From an uncultured bacterium (GTDB lineage Bacteria > Desulfobacterota_D > UBA1144 > Nemesobacterales > UBA2774), in the NCBI GenBank assembly GCA_963825135.1, contig CAWGRW010000009.1, positions 1,120,001 through 1,184,000 on the forward strand: a stretch of DNA of 64,000 nt, read 5' to 3'. This document shows positions 20,587-28,409 of this stretch, in pieces. Below the pieces are notes generated by a model. The model was not told the origin of the DNA. It saw only the letters and a list, made by a program, of their open reading frames with translations, and searched no databases. Within the stretch, counting starts at the first letter, position 1; every line of letters starts with the position of its first letter. The position numbers and the translations under genes are program-made.

Positions 20587-21415
20587 GCCACAAGAGACCC
20601 AGGATGAAAAAGATCGAAGCGCAGACCGCCATGGAAGCCCCTGTCGGAATGGACAGTATGAACGAGAAGAAATAACCGAGCGTCGCCGACAATACGCCCA
20701 TTATTACGGAGAGCGCGAAAACAAGCTTGAGCTTCTCCGTCAGAAATAGTGAAGTGAGAGGCGGGAGGGCAAGGAACGCGAAGACCGGAAGCGCCCCAAG
20801 CGCTCTGGTCGATACGGACGCCACTACAGCTATGGTAATAAGCATAACTGTATTGAGCATTCTGACCGGATACTTGACTAACCGTGCGGATTCTTCGTCG
20901 AAAGAAACGAAGATAAAATCTTTAAAGTAAATGGCATGGATTATCGCTGCTATAATAGCTATAGCGGGAATGATATACAGATCCTTTGGATCAACGACGA
21001 CGGCGCTTCCGAAAAGTATATTCGCTATATCATGAGCGCCTTTGGTTATTCTGTCCCCAAGTATTACGACCGCCCCCGAAGCGATTAAAAACCCGAAACC
21101 TATCACCCCTTCCCGGCTTATGCGCGAATAGTCCCTTTTGAGAGCGAAAAAGAGGGCAGCGAGCGAAGTGAGGGCCATAGACAGAATGAAAGGATGTATC
21201 AAAAATGCCAGCGCTCCCAGGCTGTACCCCTCGAGGTAAAAAGAAAGGGCTACTCCGAAGCTCGAGATTTGGGTGAGCGCGGCGCTTACGAAGATTATTC
21301 TCCTGAGCACGACGTACACGCCAAGGAAGCCGCATATGGCGCCCGAAACCGCCCCTACTATCATCGGGTCACGCCAGAGGAAATAACTGTCTATAAATTC
21401 CTTCAAAATTCCCAT
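20564..21415 (-). CDS. znuB: Metal (Zn/Mn) ABC transporter permease, ZnuB-like
   Basis: GFLGVYVVLRR, ILFG, FVSFDEESA, GALPVFAFL..P. Confidence 0.85.
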   Translation of the reverse strand: MGILKEFIDSYFLWRDPMIVGAVSGAICGFLGVYVVLRRIIFVSAALTQISSFGVALSFYLEGYSLGALAFLIHPFILSMALTSLAALFFALKRDYSRISREGVIGFGFLIASGAVVILGDRITKGAHDIANILFGSAVVVDPKDLYIIPAIAIIAAIIHAIYFKDFIFVSFDEESARLVKYPVRMLNTVMLITIAVVASVSTRALGALPVFAFLALPPLTSLFLTEKLKLVFALSVIMGVLSATLGYFFSFILSIPTGASMAVCASIFFILGLLWREVRIRI

Positions 21416-21461
21416 TAATTATTCCTTGTCCCTATACCTGGACTTCTCCCGGATTCGATAT

Positions 21462-22175
21462 CTACAGAATACCTTTGTTCAGCCCGAAGAATTTAGTTAA
21501 ATTAGCTTCGGTCAGGACCTCGCTTCGCCCGCCCGCCTTGAAATATCCGCTGTCTTTGTCGATCAGGATAATTCTGTCGGCATATTTCGTGACCGTATTT
21601 AAGAAGTGGCTTACCATAAGCACGGTCAGTCCGTCCTCGGACCTGATCTTTTGCACGAGCTCCATTATTTGCACCTCTCCCTTTAGATCGACGGACGCGG
21701 TGGGCTCGTCGAGGACGAGTATGTCGGGTTCGCCTGATATGGCGCGGGCGAGGAGAGTACGCTGCTTCTCTCCTCCCGAGAGAGACCTGAATGTGCGGTC
21801 TTTGAGATGAGGTATTCCGACTTTTTCCAGGGACAGCGTTACCACTTCGCGATCTGAGTTCGTAAGCCTTTTTCCCGCGGAGACCCTGCTGTATCTCCCC
21901 ATGGATACGACCTCCTCTGCCGAAACAGGGAATATCGGGTCGAACTTCTCATGCTGGGGCACATATCCGAATACGATTTCTTCTGCCGATTCTATGTTTC
22001 CCGAAACGGGCGGAAGCAGGCCCAGAAGAGTTTTGAGTAGTGTGGATTTCCCGCCCCCGTTCTGACCTAATACGCCCCAGAACTGGCCGCGCTCCACCGC
22101 GAGGTCAAACGGGCCGAGTATCCCTTTATTCTCGTATCCTATAGTCACGTTTTCGAGCCTTATTAATTTCGTCAT
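21462..22175 (-). CDS. znuC: Metal ABC transporter ATP-binding protein, ZnuC-like
   Basis: GQNGGGKST, GYVPQ, LSGGEKQR, LDEPT, VSH. Confidence 0.88.
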   Translation of the reverse strand: MTKLIRLENVTIGYENKGILGPFDLAVERGQFWGVLGQNGGGKSTLLKTLLGLLPPVSGNIESAEEIVFGYVPQHEKFDPIFPVSAEEVVSMGRYSRVSAGKRLTNSDREVVTLSLEKVGIPHLKDRTFRSLSGGEKQRTLLARAISGEPDILVLDEPTASVDLKGEVQIMELVQKIRSEDGLTVLMVSHFLNTVTKYADRIILIDKDSGYFKAGGRSEVLTEANLTKFFGLNKGIL

Positions 22176-22199
22176 CCGCACCTCAATTCTTCGTTATAG

Positions 22200-22253
22200 A
22201 AAAATGTAGTCCCCCGAGTCTATCGGTAAGGAGGGATAACGGAGGGGACTACA
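22200..22253 (-). terminator. Stem-loop with U-tract between znuA-like and znuC-like genes
   Basis: TGTAGTCCCC (22205-22214) and GGGGACTACA (22244-22253) form a 10-bp inverted repeat, followed on the minus strand by TTTTT. Confidence 0.55.
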
Positions 22254-22266
22254 CCAGTACGCGTAT

Positions 22267-23256
22267 CTATCCGCCCGCCTTCGAGGCCGAATGATTCGTC
22301 GATCCCGTTTTATTCTTCAATGCCGAGGTTATGTCGCTCACGATCACATCGAACAGGTCGGTATACGTATTGATCCCGTCCTGTCCCCCTACGCTCGTCG
22401 GTATGGATAGGAACACAGCGCCTGTCTGATCAGCGATGAGCGAGCCCGTTTTTTGAGGATAATAATTTGAAGCAATAACGAGCTTCACGTCCGTCGCTTT
22501 CATTTGTTTGATCAGGTCGGCGACGTGGGATGGCGACGGCGGTATGCCCGGCTTCGGCTCGATATATCCTATCTCTTTAAACCCCACCCACTCCGAAAAA
22601 TAATTGAGGTTTTTGTGATAAGACACTATCTCTGTCCCTTTATAAGGAGCGAGCTCCCCGTCCCATTGCTTTATTTTCGCATTCAGGTTATCGGCAAATT
22701 TTTTGTAATTCTCATCGTAATAAGAGGCGTTTTCAGGGTCTATCTCCTGTAACCTTGCCGTTATCCCGGCGGCAATGGGAATACCGTTCCTCGGGTCGAG
22801 GAGGTAATGCGGATTGCCTTTCGGATGTATGTCTCCCATCGATCTATCGATCTGCGTAGTCGGCACTTCAAGCACCTGTGGGATATAGGCGGATGCGTCG
22901 AGACGTCCGAGGGCATCCGTGGATGTGATCCTGGAGTTCCTGGACCCCGTGATCAGAGGAGGCAGCCAGCCGATCTCGAGATCGAGTCCGTTATAGACGA
23001 GAAGGTCCGCCTTGTTTAGCCTTGTAACGTACGTCGGCTTCGCGTCCACAAAGTGCGGGTCCTGGTAGCCCTTTGCCAGAGTAACCACGTTGACTTTATC
23101 TCCCCCGATTTCCTCCGCGATTGCCCCGAGATCCGGCAGCGATGCGACTATCTGCACTTTCGCCGACGCCTCCCCCGCGGAGAAAAAGATGGATATGAGA
23201 ACAAAAACAGCAAATACCGTGAAGCTTCGAAGAATGTTATAACGTTTCATAATCAT
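22267..23256 (-). CDS. znuA: Metal ABC transporter substrate-binding protein, ZnuA/TroA-like
   Basis: QDPHF, NGLDLEIGW, DIHPKGNPHY.LDP, YH, EPKPGIPPSPSH. Signal peptide. Confidence 0.9.
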   Translation of the reverse strand: MIMKRYNILRSFTVFAVFVLISIFFSAGEASAKVQIVASLPDLGAIAEEIGGDKVNVVTLAKGYQDPHFVDAKPTYVTRLNKADLLVYNGLDLEIGWLPPLITGSRNSRITSTDALGRLDASAYIPQVLEVPTTQIDRSMGDIHPKGNPHYLLDPRNGIPIAAGITARLQEIDPENASYYDENYKKFADNLNAKIKQWDGELAPYKGTEIVSYHKNLNYFSEWVGFKEIGYIEPKPGIPPSPSHVADLIKQMKATDVKLVIASNYYPQKTGSLIADQTGAVFLSIPTSVGGQDGINTYTDLFDVIVSDITSALKNKTGSTNHSASKAGG

Positions 23257-23276
23257 TTCCTCCTGAAAATATTTGA

Positions 23277-24671
23277 TTAATAAGGATGCGCACCGTGGGC
23301 TCCTATCGCGTATTGGAACTGAAGGAAGACAGCATGCTGGTTACCCGCGTAGTTCTGGTTCAGGTAATCGTATTCCAGCCTGAACTGTGAGAATTCGCTC
23401 GGGCTGAACGTCAGCATGGGCGATACGCGGTATGCCCTCCCCTGCAGCCCCAGTGTCTCTCCCGGGTTGATCGCTCTTGAGCTTACGAGGCCGTCGGAGT
23501 CAGGGATTACGAGCCCTCCTTCTCCTCCCTCCCCGGCGACAGGGGTGTTCGTGTCAGTCAGATCGAACCTGAGGCCGGTATTCCACCTCTTTGCGAACCT
23601 GTAGATACCCTCGGCATAGAAACCGTAATCCTCGAGATTCTCCTCAGGCGTGTCGGCCTGTCTCCACATGAACTCCGACTGGAGTCTGAACTCGGTATAC
23701 GCGCTCTCTCTGAGCGGTCTGTATTTTGCGAACAGGTCGGCTCCGTAGAGGTTCGAGCGTTCCTTGGAGCCCGTTCCGTTGGGACCAGTCGCGAATGAAG
23801 CCCCGAGGTTTACCCCGAGGGAGTCGCTCACTTCGAAGAAATTGGCGAGGTGAAAAACATACAGCAGGTAAGCCAGGTTGTTCGCGTTCGCCTCGTCCGT
23901 GGCGAACGTCGGAGTCTCGACATCGGGGCTGCCCCCGAGGGCGCTAAGCTCCATGAACCAGGGCACGGGGATTAGGAAATCGGCCTCTATGCTCGTCGGG
24001 TTCAGGTGCTCACCCAGGAACTCCGCGGCGACCAGAGGCAGAGTGACGAAGTTCTGCGCGTGCGTATGTATCTGGTTGATCCTTCCGAATTTCGCCCTCA
24101 TGCGCCCCATCCTGAACTGTGCATTGAGGGGCATACTAAAGAGCGACGTGCCGTAAGCCTCCTCGACCTCCACACTATCCTGCTTGAATGAGATGAATGA
24201 GTCGAACCTGAAATACGGATCGACGATGCTCTGGAAACCCAATTCCAGCTCCTGTAAATTGACGCCGGTATTTTGCGGATCGTCCTCGGCAAAAACGAAC
24301 GGGTCGTTCCGGGAGTACCACGCCGCCGCAAAAATGCCTATAACGCTTATATCGGGATTGAGCGTTTGAGCCACTTTGCTTAAAAAGCTCTCCTGCCGGG
24401 GCTGAGGCGCCGCCTGAATGACCTCGGTCTCCTCGGTTGTCATGACATTCTCTTTTTCATTCACTGCCTCTTTCTCTTTCGCCTGCTGCTCGAGCGCCCT
24501 GTTCTTTTCCTCGAGGTCGGCGATTCTTTGCTGCATCTTCTCCATCATCTGTTTAAGCTCTTTTATTTCATTCTTAACATCGCCGCTCTCCTGGCCGAAT
24601 GAGTAGCTCTGGAAACACGGAAACGAAACGGCGACAACGATAAATATCATAATAGTTCTTATGACGTTCAT
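23277..24671 (-). CDS. Outer-membrane beta-barrel, zinc-regulated receptor/porin-like
   Basis: Signal peptide, coiled coil, NPDISVI, ELEL....VDPYF, FGRINQIHTH, SEFS..R, C-terminal GAHGAHPY. Confidence 0.78.
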   Translation of the reverse strand: MNVIRTIMIFIVVAVSFPCFQSYSFGQESGDVKNEIKELKQMMEKMQQRIADLEEKNRALEQQAKEKEAVNEKENVMTTEETEVIQAAPQPRQESFLSKVAQTLNPDISVIGIFAAAWYSRNDPFVFAEDDPQNTGVNLQELELGFQSIVDPYFRFDSFISFKQDSVEVEEAYGTSLFSMPLNAQFRMGRMRAKFGRINQIHTHAQNFVTLPLVAAEFLGEHLNPTSIEADFLIPVPWFMELSALGGSPDVETPTFATDEANANNLAYLLYVFHLANFFEVSDSLGVNLGASFATGPNGTGSKERSNLYGADLFAKYRPLRESAYTEFRLQSEFMWRQADTPEENLEDYGFYAEGIYRFAKRWNTGLRFDLTDTNTPVAGEGGEGGLVIPDSDGLVSSRAINPGETLGLQGRAYRVSPMLTFSPSEFSQFRLEYDYLNQNYAGNQHAVFLQFQYAIGAHGAHPY

Positions 24672-24882
24672 ATCTCACCTCCGAAAATGTAATAGTGGAT
24701 CGAAGCGGATTCGGTATCGCCGTGCCGCGGGAAACGCGCCTGAGTCCGGGGGTGGATGCGGTCCGTTATATATCGGACCGGATGTTTATAGCCCTGACTT
24801 ATAAGTGAGGACTAGATGCCGGATTTACACAAATTAGTATGCTGAGAATGCGCCTCGCGGGCACGGTGTAACGACTATCGGC

Positions 24883-25221
24883 TCAGATCGCCGGAGGGGA
24901 GCGGGAAGGCTTGTTTCGTATTAAAAGCGGATAAGGTGTTGAGTGTTCTGTTTCGTTGAATGAAATGGATCGCCCCGCGTCTATGAGGCTGAACACGGTT
25001 TGCGGATCGGTGAGCTTTATATTCCCGTGCAGGAGACACGCGGAGCACCCTTCGACGGAATGGCCCGCTCCCTGTGCGGCGCCCGAAATCTGTACGAGAG
25101 AGTGGGGGCTAAAGCTTATCCTGTGGCTGTGGATGCTGATCGAAAAAACGAAGAGCACGCCCAGAAGCGGCACTAGAAATTTTGATGCCCTGCTTTTGTA
25201 AACGGCTCTTGACGTATTCAT
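24883..25221 (-). CDS. DUF2946-like leader protein with CxxC and C-terminal RSPP
   Basis: 112 aa from ATG 25221, overlapping the upstream TGA. Hydrophobic N-terminal segment, HSH, H...CSAC, ends PSRSPPAI. Confidence 0.72.
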   Translation of the reverse strand: MNTSRAVYKSRASKFLVPLLGVLFVFSISIHSHRISFSPHSLVQISGAAQGAGHSVEGCSACLLHGNIKLTDPQTVFSLIDAGRSISFNETEHSTPYPLLIRNKPSRSPPAI

Positions 25222-26075
25222 CAGGGACCCTTCTTGTCTTTCGATAATACCACTGCGTTCGCTATAGTACAAGCGGCTTCCTCGACTGTGAGGGAGATAT
25301 CCATTTCGACCCCTTGTTTCTTAAGCGCCGAGAATAGCTCTCCCAGTATCGGGGGCTCGATATGACATTTGGTAAGGGCTTCGACCCGGGAGAAAATTTC
25401 CTTGGGCGTCCCCTTACCGACGATATTCCCCCCCTCGGCAATTAGATATACCGTGTCCGCGATCAGAGGGACCGTATTCATATTGTGTGTCGATAGAATT
25501 ATTGCCGTGCCGTTTTCCCTGTTCACCCTGTTCAAGAGCTTGATAAGCTCAGTCCTGCATGCGGGGTCGATGTGCTCGAAGGGCTCGTCCAGTATGAGGA
25601 GCTCCGGCTTGATTACTAGAGCGCCGGCGAGCCCGACCTTGGTTTTTTCACCCCCGCTCAGGTAATGCGGGACTTTATCTTTCAAATGCTCAATTTCAAG
25701 CTTTTTCAGAATATCGTCCACGAGCGCTGCGGTCTCTTCTTCCTTATAGCCGTAATTCCTCGGCGAGAAGGATACGTCGTCCCATACCCTTGGCGCTATT
25801 ATCTGAAGGTCTACGTTCTGGAGCAAAGCCCCAATCCTCTCTCTTATCTTCTCGTACTCTTTAGAAGGGTCGACACCCAGTACCTCTATCTCGCCCCCGG
25901 AGGGCTTGAGCAGCCCCAAGAGCAGGGATAGAAGCGTGGATTTCCCGCTTCCGTTGGGCCCGAGCATGACGACGCGCTCTCCTCTTCCGACGGTAAAGTC
26001 CTTCCCTTCGAAATCGAGAGTCGTCCCGTCCGGGTATTTAAATTTGAGATTTCTGACCTTTACTATTTCTTCCAA
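25221..26075 (-). CDS. cbiO: ECF transporter ATPase (CbiO/NikO-like)
   Basis: GPNGSGKST, V.DDVSFSPRN.G, LSGGEK, LDEP, STH. Confidence 0.88.
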   Translation of the reverse strand: MEEIVKVRNLKFKYPDGTTLDFEGKDFTVGRGERVVMLGPNGSGKSTLLSLLLGLLKPSGGEIEVLGVDPSKEYEKIRERIGALLQNVDLQIIAPRVWDDVSFSPRNYGYKEEETAALVDDILKKLEIEHLKDKVPHYLSGGEKTKVGLAGALVIKPELLILDEPFEHIDPACRTELIKLLNRVNRENGTAIILSTHNMNTVPLIADTVYLIAEGGNIVGKGTPKEIFSRVEALTKCHIEPPILGELFSALKKQGVEMDISLTVEEAACTIANAVVLSKDKKGP

Positions 26076-26887
26076 GCTCTCCCCCGTGCGTTCGGAAGAA
26101 CGGCGTATGCGGCGGAAACGATGAGCGCGGCCAGGGAAAGGGCGAGTACGCAGCCGTCATATGCCGATAGCTCCCCGTCCTTCCTTGCCAAGAGCGCGGC
26201 TCCGAAAATTAAAGCGCCGATGACGAGGGCCGTAAAATCGTTCGCGCCCGATTTTTCGCTCCTCTCTCCGCCCGACAACCTTCCGCTATATCCCCTTACG
26301 TTCAGCACCCCGTAGAACTTTTCCGAGAGGTCGAGCCCCCTCACGAGCATGAGGCCGATTCCGGACGAGAAATTAACGACGTTTTTGATATATCTCCCGC
26401 GCGTTAGCCCGCCCCTTACCCGGAGTCCCTTGACGAGGTTATCGGCAAGCTCTAGGAGTATGAATAGAGACCTGTAAGTCAGGAAGAGCCCCTCCGTGAT
26501 GATTCCCGGCAGGACGGGACCGATCGACGAGAAGACGTCGGGATAAGGTGTAGTGACGATAAGTATGACCATGGCGAGAGCCGCGCAGAGGGCCTTGAGC
26601 ACTATAACCCCCGCGCTCACCCAGCTCCCGTTCCAGCTTGCGGCTGCGAATATGAGAGCGAATATCGCGGGGTATGCGGCGATCGTGACTATCTTCAATA
26701 CGGGGAGCCTCGTCCATATGAGCAGTGATAAAAGCGACACGTAAATCGCGAGCAATATGTAGAAATCGCCTGAGATTACTACGGATGCTATAACGAGCCC
26801 GGCGAATATAATTTTCGAGAGAGCGCGTGCCCCGTGAAGAAAGCTCGCGCCGTGGTTTGCGTAATAATCGATTGCCGAAACGTCCAT
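26063..26887 (-). CDS. cbiQ: ECF transporter T component (CbiQ/NikQ-like)
   Basis: S.LH, TTP, LTYR.L, two xRG motifs (VRGG, VRGY). Confidence 0.82.
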   Translation of the reverse strand: MDVSAIDYYANHGASFLHGARALSKIIFAGLVIASVVISGDFYILLAIYVSLLSLLIWTRLPVLKIVTIAAYPAIFALIFAAASWNGSWVSAGVIVLKALCAALAMVILIVTTPYPDVFSSIGPVLPGIITEGLFLTYRSLFILLELADNLVKGLRVRGGLTRGRYIKNVVNFSSGIGLMLVRGLDLSEKFYGVLNVRGYSGRLSGGERSEKSGANDFTALVIGALIFGAALLARKDGELSAYDGCVLALSLAALIVSAAYAVLPNARGRAWKK

Positions 26888-26897
26888 GATAAAACCC

Positions 26898-27608
26898 CTA
26901 CCCCCGCCCCGGCAGAATCAGGTCCGGCCTGACCCGGAATACATATTTGAGGACGAAACCCGTTATTGCCGATTCGAGGATCCATCCCAGGGGGCTCAGT
27001 ATGAAGACCGTCTTCGCGAACCTGGCAAAGTTAATTCCGGCTGCCGGGATTTGGAGCACATTCGTATTGGTGCCGGCTCCGGAAACCAAATGACCGATAC
27101 TCTCGATATTTCCCGGGCTGACGTGAGATATATAAATGACTCCCAGCATCAGAGAAGTGCTTAGAAAAAGGCTCAGGAGCGCGGCGAGAGAGGATTCCCA
27201 GAACATGGATTTATTCCCCATAAGCTCCTTGAACAATTGAAATAAATAATAACCCAGCACGGCTTCCGCCCCTATAATTACGGTATTCAGTCCAACCACG
27301 GTCACGCCTCCGTGCCCGAACATCGATATTATAAGGTCCACTATGAATACCGAAATAAACGCCAGGGCCGGCCCGAGTACGATGCCCGCCAGCACTGTGA
27401 GGTTGACATGGTATCCGATAGGTACGATCTCGAGGGTCATGCCGACTATCATAAGCGCCGAGATAATGCCTATTAACGGTATCTTGCGTTTGAGATCTAC
27501 GCTTCCGACCCTCCGTATGCAGAAGGCCAGTATCAGGGCTGTCGCTATCCAGCCCGCCGTTACGATCCAGACGGGGAGCACCCCGTCTGGTATGTGAATG
27601 TGAGACAT
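26898..27608 (-). CDS. cbiM: ECF S component (CbiM/NikM-like)
   Basis: MSHIHIPDGVL N-terminus, YH.NL..L.GI.LGP, FGHGG.T..GLN. Confidence 0.88.
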   Translation of the reverse strand: MSHIHIPDGVLPVWIVTAGWIATALILAFCIRRVGSVDLKRKIPLIGIISALMIVGMTLEIVPIGYHVNLTVLAGIVLGPALAFISVFIVDLIISMFGHGGVTVVGLNTVIIGAEAVLGYYLFQLFKELMGNKSMFWESSLAALLSLFLSTSLMLGVIYISHVSPGNIESIGHLVSGAGTNTNVLQIPAAGINFARFAKTVFILSPLGWILESAITGFVLKYVFRVRPDLILPGRG

Positions 27609-27624
27609 ATGATTATTCCTTTTC

Positions 27625-28068
27625 TCAGGTCTGGCATTCCCTGCATTTCCCGAAGAGCTGAAGGAAATGGTTTTGAATGACGATGCCCGTATCCTGCGTT
27701 AGTTTCTGAGATAGCTCGTTAAGCGGACAATCCGCGAATTCGATGACCTTGCTGCACTCGGTGCAGACTATCGGGTGCATGTGCCCCTCGGGCGCGACGG
27801 CGTAGCTGTGGCACCCGTCCTCGAGGTGCACCTTCACAATGAGATTTAGCTCTTCCAGCGTTTCGAGCGCCCTGTACACAGTCGCGAGCCCTGTTCCGGG
27901 AAGGAGCTCCTTCACCTTCCTGTCGAGCATGTTTATCGACAGGTAAGACCCGCTGTCCTTGAGCACCTTCAGCACGGCCAGCCTCTGGGGCGTGCATTTG
28001 AGCCTTTTTGCGTGAAAAACGGCCCTGAGTTCTTCCGAATCTTGAGCCCCGCCTGATTTTGCTTTCAT
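27625..28068 (-). CDS. Fur-family transcriptional regulator, probably Zur-like
   Basis: TPQR..VL, ATVYRAL, HMH..CTEC, GKCREC. Heads the metal-uptake operon. Confidence 0.9.
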   Translation of the reverse strand: MKAKSGGAQDSEELRAVFHAKRLKCTPQRLAVLKVLKDSGSYLSINMLDRKVKELLPGTGLATVYRALETLEELNLIVKVHLEDGCHSYAVAPEGHMHPIVCTECSKVIEFADCPLNELSQKLTQDTGIVIQNHFLQLFGKCRECQT

Positions 28069-28096
28069 TATTATCGCCCTTGACTATATTTTATCG

Positions 28097-28144
28097 CAAT
28101 TGAGAAATATTCTCAATTGTATGCTAGTAAGTATAGACTGTCAA
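28097..28144 (-). promoter_or_regulatory. sigma70 promoter overlapped by a Fur/Zur-type operator
   Basis: Minus strand TTGACA (28144-28139), 17 nt, TACAAT (28121-28116). Perfect inverted repeat CAATTGAGAA-ATA-TTCTCAATTG at 28097-28119. Confidence 0.85.
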
Positions 28145-28409
28145 ATTGAGTATTTGGATTCGGCAATGGCTCATTACGCGCCTACTCCGGCAATCAGAAT
28201 TCTAATGGAGCCCCGGACATACATTTTGGGTAGCGCAAAAAAATAAATTAGGATATTAGTGCAACTTATGATATTAGGGTATAATAATCGCATCTACTAA
28301 CGCGAGAAAAAACTTAGTCAATTAATCAACAATTTCAAAAACAGTTCTTGATGCTTGATTGGGTCAAATTCCCAAATAGGAGAAATGTAATAACGGAGAG
28401 GATTACTAT

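Noticed and set aside
23232..23248. GAATGTTATAACGTTTC resembling a proteobacterial Zur box
   Set aside because: It lies inside the znuA coding start and lacks the correct half-site spacing. The operator at 28097 is far better.
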